A stretch of 64,000 nt of DNA from Octopus bimaculoides (Eukaryota). The notes under the pieces were generated by a model that saw nothing but the letters and a program-made list of their open reading frames with translations, was not told the DNA's origin and did no database searches. The position numbers were made by a program, and so were the translations under genes. Shown here one piece after another: positions 53,035 through 64,000 of the stretch. Each line of letters begins with the position of its first letter. Within the stretch, counting starts at the first letter, position 1. The DNA is taken from the NCBI RefSeq assembly GCF_001194135.2, contig NC_068983.1, positions 19,355,380-19,419,379 on the forward strand. The letters run 5' to 3'.

Positions 53035-53438
53035 CTCTTTTAGTTGCTTCAGTCATTTGACTGCGGCCATGCTGCAGCACCACATTTAGTCGAGTAAATC
53101 GACCCGAAGACTTATTCTTTATAAGCCTAGTACTTATGCTATCGGTCTCTTTAGCGGAACCGCTAAGTTACAGGGACTTAAACACACCAGCATCTGTTGT
53201 TAACCGATGTTAGGGAGACAAACAGAGATACACAAACACACACACTATATATATATACACATACATATATATACGACGGGCTTCTTTCAGTTTCCGTCTA
53301 CTAAATCCACTCACAAGGCTTTTGTTGACCCGAGGCTATAGTAGAAGACACTTGCCCAAGGTGCCACGCAGTGGGACTGAAGCCAGAGCCATATGGTTGA
53401 TAAGCAAGCTACTTACCACACAGCTACTCTTGCGCCTA
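53035..53438 (-). mobile_element. SINE family B, full-length minus copy
   Basis: Complete head (..GTAGCTGTGTGGTAAGTAGCTTGCTT...TTCAGTCCCACTGCGTGGCACCTTGGGCAAGTGTCTTCTAC), internal microsatellite and 3' part. Confidence 0.9.
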
Positions 53439-53604
53439 TATATAAATATATANNNNNNNNNNNNNNNNNNNNNNNNNNNNNNNNNNNNNNNNNNNNNNNN
53501 NNNNNNNNNNNNNNNNNNNNNNNNNNNNNNNNNNNNNNNNNNNNNNNNNNNNNNNNNNNNNNNNNNNNNNNNNNNNNNNNNNNNNNNNNNNNNNNNNNNN
53601 NNNN

Positions 53605-53641
<37 letters not shown>

Positions 53642-54145
53642 ATGTATATGTATGTATATATGTATATGTATAAATACATACAAACATACATATATAGATA
53701 TATATAAAATATGCTTGGAACGCACAACAGTATGCTTTCATGTGGGAAGAAGTCACCTTCAATAATTCTTATGTTTGATAATCTATAATTGCCACATAAA
53801 ATGTTTATTAAATATTATGTAATCTACTTCAAATAGCGTGATGTTCAGTGTATGTAGACGAGAAAGTATATCTTAGCTGAAGCGTTTGTAGTAAATGATA
53901 ACTTCTGTTTTGTCATATTTTATTAAATTCTTTGAGTTCGCAATAGGGTTCAAATTTACTTGATATATGTTGTTTGCTTAATGGAAGTGCATCTCATATT
54001 GGATAGAAATAAATCAAAGAAATATTTATATGATTGCATGGTATCTTAGCGTCAATAAATTGTAATCTGCGTTCTTACTAAATGTATGTAATAGACAAGC
54101 ATGAAGACATGGACTAACATACACACACACACGCACTTGTATACC

Positions 54146-54228
<83 letters not shown>

Positions 54229-55113
54229 TGCCATATGTATGCAAATAAATATATACATATATATGCATATGTGACTGTGTGTGTGTACGCTTGTATGTTT
54301 ATGAGTGTCCGTATTCATACCTGTATATACGTAAATGTAAATCTGCACAGAAATATGTTGGTTTGCATCATTGTATGAAAGTATCTATAGAACTCTGCGT
54401 TGTCGATTGAGGTCGCGCTTAGTAATAATGGGATGTAGTAACTCAAAACATATAATTTTCTACTCTTGCTTACACTTAAACATGCGTTATTATTAGAAGC
54501 ATTAATTCCATAATGTTATCATAATGAAAAGATTACTATCACTCAACTTACTGAAAACACCAGACCCACGTACTTAATTGCATTTTTACATAAATATAAA
54601 GTATCTTAGTATTAACACAAATTTCTAAGTGCGTAATTATATAAATAAATTGGACTGATTTGTATTATGCGTATTATATTTCCTGTCAGTTACTGTAATA
54701 TTATCACGATCAGTGATTGCGTTATACTAAACCAATCTACTGCAATAATTTCTTTTTCTAAAATGCTATAAATATGGTTTTATTCAATCATCTTCGAATG
54801 ACTAATTTATATTTGTTCCTGTATTCTGTTTATATTCCTATGGGTGCCTCATTCGATCTCAAACTAAGTAATATTTTTTTCTCAATAAATTATTATAACT
54901 ACTGTTATAACGGTTAAATTTTCCATCACCAGATTGGCAAAATTTCAATATTTTAAATTTAATTATTTTCTTTATATTTCTAGATACATTTATCATTCAA
55001 AGAATATCCTAAAAATATGTTTGCTGTTTCTCACACACATACTCTATCTCTCTCTTTTTTACATACGCATACATACATATATATATGTATATATATATAT
55101 GTGTGTGTATAAC

Positions 55114-55146
<33 letters not shown>

Positions 55147-55208
55147 TATACATATCTATATATATACATATATAATTACGTATACATATACATATCTCTC
55201 TCTCTCTC

Positions 55209-55249
<41 letters not shown>

Positions 55250-55506
55250 NNNNNNNNNNNNNNNNNNNNNNNNNNNNNNNNNNNNNNNNNNNNNNNNNNN
55301 NNNNNNNNNNNNNNNNNNNNNNNNNNNNNNNNNNNNNNNNNNNNNNNNNNNNNNNNNNNNNNNNNNNNNNNNNNNNNNNNNNNNNNNNNNNNNNNNNNNN
55401 NNNNNNNNNNNNNNNNNNNNNNNNNNNNNNNNNNNNNNNNNNNNNNNNNNNNNNNNNNNNNNNNNNNNNNNNNNNNNNNNATATATGCATATATATAAAT
55501 GAGAGG

Positions 55507-55538
<32 letters not shown>

Positions 55539-55926
55539 GCGAGAGAGAGAGTGAGTGAGAGAGAGAGCGAGAGAGAGAGAGAGAGTGGTTCTGCATACAA
55601 AATATCTATACGTAAAAAATATAAAAAAAGACAAATTTGTACATAACCATGGCCAGTTGTCCGATGTGGAAACAGATGCGTCGCCATTTATTTCTAAGAA
55701 ATTTATTGCTATATTAAAAATGAGTCGCACATTACTTAACTGGTACATTGCATTAAAGTGATTGAATGCATGTGTTTATTATAATATTGAAATTATGAAT
55801 TTGAAAAGCTGTGCGAGCACAGTTGTTGTTCTCCCTATACCACTGGCTGTTCCATATTCATTGAAGAAACGATCAGTGTGTGTCTGTTAAAATATATCTG
55901 TATACTAGCTCAAAAGCCGGTACTAT

Positions 55927-56189
55927 TTGTGGCGGTGTATTGAACAGATTTTCCCCAAATTTGGCAAAAATATTCATAACTCTAACCCTAACCCTAACCC
56001 TGGCCCTAACCCTAAAACCCGAACCCTAACCCTAACTCTAAAACCCGAACCCTAATCCTTAAACCCTAAAGCTAAAACCAGTACAAACAAACGAATGATG
56101 TGATAAATAACAGTACAGCCGATAGTTGTTGTTGACAAATAATGGCACTAATTTAATTCAAGGGAAAAGATCCCATTACACCGCCACAA
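55927..56189. mobile_element. Inverted-repeat-bounded element enclosing a degenerate (CCCTAA)n telomere-type array
   Basis: TTGTGGCGGTGTATTG (55927-55942) versus CATTACACCGCCACAA (56174-56189) match at 15/16. The CCCTAA/CCCGAA array is at about 55980-56078. Confidence 0.7.
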
Positions 56190-56424
56190 CGAGTTGTTTA
56201 TAATCCACAGCAGTAATTGTTTTCACCTCAATAGATGTCAGTGATTGGTTGAAATTACCGAAATACGACAGTGTTAACACGAAATAACTTTAAAAATATA
56301 AACTTTTCTCAACAACACTTCGAATAAAATATGTTTTATATGACTCATTCTACCAGTGTCCCAAGTTTGAAAGTGTTTCGTTAAGAAAACAAATGGTGTC
56401 CGTCAAATCAGAAAGATCCTATTC

Positions 56425-56835
56425 TTTTATTCTTTTACTTGTTTCAGTTTATTTGACTGCGGCCATGCTGGGGCACCGCTTTTAGTCGAGAAAATGAAAC
56501 CCAGGACTTATTCTCTGTAAGCCCAGTACTTATTCTATCGGTCTCCTTTGCCGAACCGCTACGTTACGGCAACATAAACACGCCAGGTTCGGTTGTCAAG
56601 AGATGTTGGGGGACAAATATAGACACACAAACACACACACACACACACGCACACACACACACACATACACACACACACACACACATATATATACGACGGG
56701 CTTATTTAAGTTTCCGTCTACCAAATTCACTCACAAGGCTTTGGTTGGCCCGAGGCTATACTAGGAGATACTTGCCCATGTAGACATGCAAGTGGGACTG
56801 AACCCGGAACCATGCGGTTGGTAAGCAAGCTACAT
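56425..56835 (-). mobile_element. SINE family B, near full-length minus copy
   Basis: Same architecture as 53035-53438. Confidence 0.88.
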
Positions 56836-56844
56836 ATATATGTA

Positions 56845-57200
56845 TTAAACAAGGTTGTTGGTTCAGTATTCTGACAACAGGTATTTCTGTCTCTCACATA
56901 CCCGCCTCTCTCTCTCTCTCATTATTAATCCCATTGCCGCCATCAACACAACTACTTTTAAAAATCATTAACTGCCTCTAAATTTCTTTGCCTATCTTTC
57001 TCTCCCTCTCGTTTTCACTGAGTCTCTCTCACTCTCCCTCTCTCTCTATATCTCTCTCTCTTCACCACCATCCTCACCGTCTCTATGCTCACTATTACTC
57101 TCACTCCAGCAGGAAGATGTATCATTGAATAGTGAGAGAGGAGTGACAAAGTGTGACACACTGGCATACAGAAATTAGTTTTTGCATTTATTGTATTAGA
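56845..57200. repeat. Dispersed CT-rich repeat, copy 1 (related to 59395-59862)
   Basis: Shared 3' block CTATTACTC.CACTCCAGCAG...TCATTGAATAGTGAGAGAG...AAAGTGTGACAC..TGGCA.ACAGAAATTAGTTT..GCATTTATT.TATTAGAT. Confidence 0.7.
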
Positions 57201-57270
57201 TATTTAATTTGGGGGAAACTGATATTTCAGTTAAAGTGTATTTTACAGATATATATATATATATATATAT

Positions 57271-57619
57271 AAGCAATGTTAATTCTCTAAATGAAGTATT
57301 AACAGTAACTGCACGATAAAGTGTAGTATATTGCCACTTAAGTGTGGCTGACCCCTAGGGGTGGATGTTACTGTTGCTTTTAGCCCCAGGAGGACATCTC
57401 CTCCAGCTGGCTTATCGACACACGACTGTGTCCTGTTTGCCAAGGGAGTTATCCCTCTCACCTCGACCAGCAGCACGAACGTATCCGGATTTCAGGGTTA
57501 TTTCCCTTCGTCGGCGTTCGACAGCTGATGACCTTGGTGAGAGAGACAAAAACCTGGCAAACCTTATATCTTCTTTTCCAGTGAAATTCTTCACTGATAT
57601 TGAAAAGGTGAAAACAAGC
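57271..57619 (-). mobile_element. Young Penelope-type pLTR with a hammerhead, ending at (TA)n
   Basis: Contains the HHR at 57476-57520. The terminal 146 bp are near-identical to 3535-3680. It runs into an N-gap. Confidence 0.75.
57476..57520 (-). ncRNA. Near-perfect type I hammerhead ribozyme with palindromic stem III
   Basis: CGAACG-CCGACGA-AGGG(AAATAA)CCCT-GAAA-TCCGGAT-A-CGTTCG. Stem I is 6 bp perfect, stem II 4 bp perfect, and stem III is the palindrome ATCCGGAT with an AUA site. The only core deviation is U4>C. Confidence 0.85.
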
Positions 57620-58499
57620 NNNNNNNNNNNNNNNNNNNNNNNNNNNNNNNNNNNNNNNNNNNNNNNNNNNNNNNNNNNNNNNNNNNNNNNNNNNNNNNNN
57701 NNNNNNNNNNNNNNNNNNNNNNNNNNNNNNNNNNNNNNNNNNNNNNNNNNNNNNNNNNNNNNNNNNNNNNNNNNNNNNNNNNNNNNNNNNNNNNNNNNNN
57801 NNNNNNNNNNNNNNNNNNNNNNNNNNNNNNNNNNNNNNNNNNNNNNNNNNNNNNNNNNNNNNNNNNNNNNNNNNNNNNNNNNNNNNNNNNNNNNNNNNNN
57901 NNNNNNNNNNNNNNNNNNNNNNNNNNNNNNNNNNNNNNNNNNNNNNNNNNNNNNNNNNNNNNNNNNNNNNNNNNNNNNNNNNNNNNNNNNNNNNNNNNNN
58001 NNNNNNNNNNNNNNNNNNNNNNNNNNNNNNNNNNNNNNNNNNNNNNNNNNNNNNNNNNNNNNNNNNNNNNNNNNNNNNNNNNNNNNNNNNNNNNNNNNNN
58101 NNNNNNNNNNNNNNNNNNNNNNNNNNNNNNNNNNNNNNNNNNNNNNNNNNNNNNNNNNNNNNNNNNNNNNNNNNNNNNNNNNNNNNNNNNNNNNNNNNNN
58201 NNNNNNNNNNNNNNNNNNNNNNNNNNNNNNNNNNNNNNNNNNNNNNNNNNNNNNNNNNNNNNNNNNNNNNNNNNNNNNNNNNNNNNNNNNNNNNNNNNNN
58301 NNNNNNNNNNNNNNNNNNNNNNNNNNNNNNNNNNNNNNNNNNNNNNNNNNNNNNNNNNNNNNNNNNNNNNNNNNNNNNNNNNNNNNNNNNNNNNNNNNNN
58401 NNNNNNNNNNNNNNNNNNNNNNNTCTAACGCGACTCTCTGTTTCTATCTCCCCCTCTCATTCTTCCCTCTACTGTTCTTCGTCTCTACCTGTCACTACT

Positions 58500-58546
<47 letters not shown>

Positions 58547-59394
58547 ATCTCTTGTTACTCGTCCTTCGTCTCTCACCGTTACTACTACTATCTCTCTCTC
58601 TCTCTCTCTACCTCTTATTGCTCACTTTTATTCTACTTCCTCCTCTCCTTTTCCCTCTGCTACTCTTTCTCTTCACACAGCCTTGGTCACGTGTGTCCGG
58701 CTGCTATTTCTTTTCGTTCTTGGAATCACCAAGCTCGCACTTACTTCTTTGCCCCTCCTGTACGTGCTTCACAGCGTTCGAGACATACACACTTCACGTC
58801 TGGCTGCACAGCCTTTTTGTTTGTTTATTTCACCGTTTCGTTTTCCTGTCTTGTTTTCCGTCCGCCACTACCCTCCACNNNNNNNNNNNNNNNNNNNNNN
58901 NNNNNNNNNNNNNNNNNNNNNNNNNNNNNNNNNNNNNNNNNNNNNNNNNNNNNNNNNNNNNNNNNNNNNNNNNNNNNNNNNNNNNNNNNNNNNNNNNNNN
59001 NNNNNNNNNNNNNNNNNNNNNNNNNNNNNNNNNNNNNNNNNNNNNNNNNNNNNNNNNNNNNNNNNNNNNNNNNNNNNNNNNNNNNNNNNNNNNNNNNNNN
59101 NNNNNNNNNNNNNNNNNNNNNNNNNNNNNNNNNNNNNNNNNNNNNNNNNNNNNNNNNNNNNNNNNNNNNNNNNNNNNNNNNNNNNNNNNNNNNNNNNNNN
59201 NNNNNNNNNNNNNNNNNNNNNNNNNNNNNNNNNNNNNNNNNNNNNNNNNNNNNNNNNNNNNNNNNNNNNNNNNNNNNNNNNNNNNNNNNNNNNNNNNNNN
59301 NNNNNNNNNNNNNNNNNNNNNNNNNNNNNNNNNNTATATATATATATATGTACATGTATATGTATGTATGTATTAAAGGAAACAAAAAATAAAA

Positions 59395-59862
59395 CAAAAA
59401 TGACGGTGTCCAGTAGTTGGTTCTGTAACCTCACCACAGGAATCTCTGTCCCAGAAAGTTGTACATCAACTCCCTTTAGCTCTCACATACCAACCCTTTC
59501 TCTCTCTCTCTCGCTCTTTCTCTCTCTCTCGCTCTTTCTCTCTCTTTCTCTATCTCTATCTCTCTCTCTCTCTCTTATTATAACTCCAATTGTCACCATC
59601 AACACTATAAATTTTAATAAAACATTATGATCTCTCCCTGAATTTCTTTGTCTCTCTTTTCTACCTCTTTTTCTCTCTCTGTCTTTCTCTCTTTCACTCT
59701 TTCCCCCTCTCTTTCTCTCTGTCTTCGCTACCACCCTCAATGTCTCCATGCCTACTATTACTCACACTCCAGCAGAAGGAAGTGTCATTGAATAGTGAGA
59801 GAGGGGGTCAAAGTGTGACACAGTGGCACACAGAAATTAGTTTACGCATTTATTATATTAGA
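59395..59862. repeat. Dispersed CT-rich repeat, copy 2
   Basis: Direct, diverged copy of 56845-57200. Confidence 0.7.
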
Positions 59863-59914
59863 TGTAACAAAATATTTGCTCATTTGTAATGAGAGAATAA
59901 TGTACATAAACATG

Positions 59915-60033
59915 CAGTAGTAGTAGTAGTAGGAGTAGGAGGAGGAGGTGGAGGGGTGGAAGAAGAGGAAATGGAGGAAGTGCAGCAGCAGCAGCGGTGG
60001 TAGTGTTGTTGTTGGTGGTGGTGCTGGTGGTGT

Positions 60034-60101
<68 letters not shown>

Positions 60102-60122
60102 ATAGTAGTAGCAGTAGTAGTA
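59915..60122. repeat. Compound trinucleotide tract (GTA/GGA/GCA/GGT/GTT then (GTA)n)
   Basis: Directly visible. Confidence 0.93.
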
Positions 60123-61874
60123 AAGCGGAATCGATACAACACGACAATAAATAGTAATACCACACAACTAGAAATAATAAAAACTCGCATGCTTTAACAG
60201 AATTATTAGTCGGCATTCTTGTGAGATGAAATCAAATTAAACTAGCTTGTCCTTTGCAAAGATAATTCTATATTGTCAGTGGTTACCTTACTATTGAAGA
60301 AACGAGCGAGGAATGTTTGGTGGATTTCATTTAATCAATAAATCTGTCATATGTAGCTGAACTGGATATCAGCCGTTGAGTAAATATTAAATGCTGGTCT
60401 TGATTGCTTCGATTTCCCGCGTGTTCGTTAGCTAGTCGAATGCCAACTGTGGACATTCAGTTAACCTTTCTTAGATATCATTTACTAATCTTTGACCTGT
60501 GTCATTCCTTGCTTCTCTAACCATAACATTCTTGACTAAATCTATTTAATTACAAAGTTTTTGAAAGATGGAATTGCAGCGTAGATTCTGATGTTAGCGA
60601 AGTCCGTAAAACTATTCTAATCCTTAATTTAGCCTTCTTTATCAGAGGTCTCATACTACATCAATTGAAATCAAGATTCTGGCATGAGATATGAATTGCT
60701 ATTCTACATAAAATGAACAAGAAAATGGAAAGAGTATAAATTTGTAATTATTGTTGCGGATTTTGATATGCTAATTAATATTCAAGAAGCAAAATGCTGA
60801 ATATATTCTGGAATAAAGGAAGAAAAGAAGGTCATTTTGTATTTGCTTTCTAACCACAACATAGATCATAACAACACTTACTTGACATATTACTCTTCTT
60901 CCAGAGTTCGTTTCCTATAGCTGTATTAATTGAGCTCTTATCCTAACTCTTATCCTTCTCCTTTCTTCTTTCTTCTCAGTAAAACATCGAAAGGATCAAC
61001 TTCCATCAAATCACCCATGTATGTGCGTGTGTCTGCGTGCGTGAGTGTTAGTGTGTGTGTGTGTGTACACATACGTATACATGTGTTTAGATATATATGT
61101 ATATATATANNNNNNNNNNNNNNNNNNNNNNNNNNNNNNNNNNNNNNNNNNNNNNNNNNNNNNNNNNNNNNNNNNNNNNNNNNNNNNNNNNNNNNNNNNN
61201 NNNNNNNNNNNNNNNNNNNNNNNNNNNNNNNNNNNNNNNNNNNNNNNNNNNNNNNNNNNNNNNNNNNNNNNNNNNNNNNNNNNNNNNNNNNNNNNNNNNN
61301 NNNNNNNNNNNNNNNNNNNNNNNNNNNNNNNNNNNNNNNNNNNNNNNNNNNNNNNNNNNNNNNNNNNNNNNNNNNNNNNNNNNNNNNNNNNNNNNNNNNN
61401 NNNNNNNNNNNNNNNNNNNNNNNNNNNNNNNNNNNNNNNNNNNNNNNNNNNNNNNNNNNNNNNNNNNNNNNNNNNNNNNNNNNNNNNNNNNNNNNNNNNN
61501 NNNNNNNNNNNNNNNNNNNNNNNNNNNNNNNNNNNNNNNNNNNNNNNNNNNNNNNNNNNNNNNNNNNNNNNNNNNNNNNNNNNNNNNNNNNNNNNNNNNN
61601 NNNNNNNNNNNNNNNNNNNNNNNNNNNNNNNNNNNNNNNNNNNNNNNNNNNNNNNNNNNNNNNNNNNNNNNNNNNNNNNNNNNNNNNNNNNNNNNNNNNN
61701 NNNNNNNNNNNNNNNNNNNNNNNNNNNNNNNNNNNNNNNNNNNNNNNNNNNNNNNNNNNNNNNNNNNNNNNNNNNNNNNNNNNNNNNNNNNNNNNNNNNN
61801 NNNNNNNNNNNNNNNNNNNNNNNNNNNNNNNNNNNNNNNNNNNNNNNNNNNNNNNNNNNNNNNATATATATATA

Positions 61875-61906
<32 letters not shown>

Positions 61907-62809
61907 AGTGGTTATCTAACTATAGGTATCCATGCCTAGCTATCCATGTGGCGTCATTTGAAAGCAACAACCTCACGAGGAGCCGCAACTCGTAACAAAC
62001 AGATACATGCTTAGGAGTACCGGCTGGCACACTGGCGTAGTATGTACTTCTGTTATATTGGTTTGAAACAAGTCGATTGCAATGCTTGTGGGATTCTGGG
62101 AAATGTAATAAAAAGCTATTAGTTTAAGTCTAAGAATTCCTTGGTCGAATACATACATACATACACAATCTATGCATAATATATACATACATATTGATAC
62201 ATACATGTGTGTGTACGACCAAACAAATTAACATTTGTTTTTTGTATTTTTTTTTTTTTTTTTAGTCTTTGAAACGTGTATAAACCGATACAAATCAGAT
62301 GATATTTTTTCCGAACGAAGAAAAGCAAAATACTGGATAAATTACCCTTACAAGCTTACAAGGCGGAAAATTTATCAACAATTTGCCACTTAATGTGTAT
62401 CGTTATATATACATATACACATACACAAACACACACACACACACACACACACACANNNNNNNNNNNNNNNNNNNNNNNNNNNNNNNNNNNNNNNNNNNNN
62501 NNNNNNNNNNNNNNNNNNNNNNNNNNNNNNNNNNNNNNNNNNNNNNNNNNNNNNNNNNNNNNNNNNNNNNNNNNNNNNNNNNNNNNNNNNNNNNNNNNNN
62601 NNNNNNNNNNNNNNNNNNNNNNNNNNNNNNNNNNNNNNNNNNNNNNNNNNNNNNNNNNNNNNNNNNNNNNNNNNNNNNNNNNNNNNNNNNNNNNNNNNNN
62701 NNNNNNNNNNNNNNNNNNNNNNNNNNNNNNNNNNNNNNNNNNNNNNNNNNNNNNNNNNNNNNNNNNNNNNNNNNNNNNNNNNNNNNNNNNNNNNNNNCAC
62801 TGACATCAC

Positions 62810-63330
62810 ATTTTTACAGATATAGTTACCAAAATTACATAAAAGTTATCTTCATATACTATAGAGTAAATTTATTAAATAAAATCGCCATTAGCTTCAA
62901 CCACGGTCTCTCGACGACTTTGGAATCACTTGCAACCATTCTATAATCCCTGCCTTCAGTTCATATTTGGTGTTTCAAGGATTGCTTTTGGTCTCGCTCA
63001 ACTGTGCCCCACGCATAATAACGAAGGCGGTTGCAGTCAAGGGACTTAGGTGGCCAGATGTTAGGGGTGATGTGGTCGCAGAAATTGTCTAACTGCCATG
63101 ACAAAGTATTCCTGCTTGTGTGACATGATGCCAGACATAGGGTCTTCCAGCAGCCACTCAACTTGACCGAGATCAGCACTGTCTCTTCCAGGCACTTGGT
63201 GTAGGCCTCCGCTTTGAGTGTGAGGCCGTGTGGGAAGATGAATGGAAGCATAACGTCGCCATAACTAACGTCACACCAAACACTATTATGTTAACTGGAT
63301 GTCTGATTTTTATCACTCTCGGTACAGGTA
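62810..63330 (-). mobile_element. Tc1/mariner-superfamily (maT/DD37D-like) transposase 3' remnant
   Basis: IRHPVNIIVFGV...MLPFIFPHGL.L..EAYTKCLEE...CHTSR.T.SW..DNFCDHITPNIWPPKSLDCN.L.YYAWG.VER, then a frameshifted ...VVEANGDF near 62885. Confidence 0.88.
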
Positions 63331-63734
63331 CTCAGATTGTACTGTCCTGAGATTAGCACCCAAACACTCTGAAATGTTCGTATTGGAGTTATCGGCGCTA
63401 GTTCAAGCAGAACAGCATGACGTTTCGCATGCGCGAAATTTAAAAAAAAAACTATAAAACAGTGACAATATATCCATCGCAATATATATATATACATGTT
63501 TGTATCTGTGTATATATGTATGCATATACATCCACACACACATAATATATGTAATTAACACTTTCATTTTATGACTTTCAGTTACTCGACTGCGATCATG
63601 TTGTGACACCGCTTTGAATATTTTAGTCGAAAAAATACATACGTGTATGTTCATACACAGGTATATACTGATACAAGTATATATATATATTCTCTCACTT
63701 ATTTGTTGCAGCCTCTATTACCACTCTCACTTTA

Positions 63735-63737
63735 TCC

Positions 63738-63813
<76 letters not shown>
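63735..63813. repeat. (TATC)n tetranucleotide tract
   Basis: Directly visible. Confidence 0.97.
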
Positions 63814-63814
<1 letters not shown>

Positions 63815-63898
63815 GCTTTCTGTATAACGCCTTAATTTGTTTCGTCTGCATAGTTGCGGACATGCATATACATATATACATATACATTTATACATTTA

Positions 63899-63950
63899 TA
63901 CACACACACACACACACATACACACACACACACGCAGTCACATACACACA

Positions 63951-64000
<50 letters not shown>
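63899..64000. repeat. (CA)n tract to the window end
   Basis: Directly visible. Confidence 0.97.

Noticed and set aside
55980-56078. True telomere or chromosome-fusion site
   Set aside because: The array is short, degenerate, single-orientation and enclosed by inverted repeats; there is no head-to-head TTAGGG/CCCTAA junction.
57524-57565. CTGATGA on the plus strand as a second hammerhead core
   Set aside because: No stem II pairing or GAAA follows; the real motif is on the minus strand at 57476-57520.
59842-60216. Poly-L/T/S/Y ORFs as low-complexity proteins
   Set aside because: They are translations of a trinucleotide tract in all six frames.
61973-62140. LIAFYYISQNP as a Dong N-terminal remnant
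   Set aside because: The similarity is limited to a few residues and no further R4 motifs are nearby.

Overview
AT-rich, microsatellite-saturated draft animal genomic DNA with about 21 N-gaps (roughly 8 kb). The SINE, LINE and simple-repeat make-up suggests an octopus/cephalopod assembly (inference). No host protein-coding gene could be recognised; most ORF-track entries are microsatellite translations or N read-through. The window is a mosaic of decayed transposons: Penelope-like elements (RT and GIY-YIG pieces), two RTE-type LINEs, an L1/Tx1-like endonuclease fragment, two Tc1/mariner remnants, a FLYWCH-MULE transposase, Helentron/HINE-like and MITE-like elements, three tRNA-derived SINE families, and many R4/Dong-type (REL endonuclease) fragments stacked in (TAA)n and (TATG)n tracts. 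The most interesting signal is RNA-structural. There are minimal type I hammerhead ribozyme motifs of the Penelope pLTR kind in at least four unrelated sequence contexts, the best being near-perfect at 57476-57520 on the minus strand. One hammerhead unit has a tRNA-like head and sits in a head-to-head fold-back (24020-25160). There is also a partial HDV-like ribozyme fold near the 5' end of an RT-less Dong element. All assignments come from reading motifs by eye; no database search was run.
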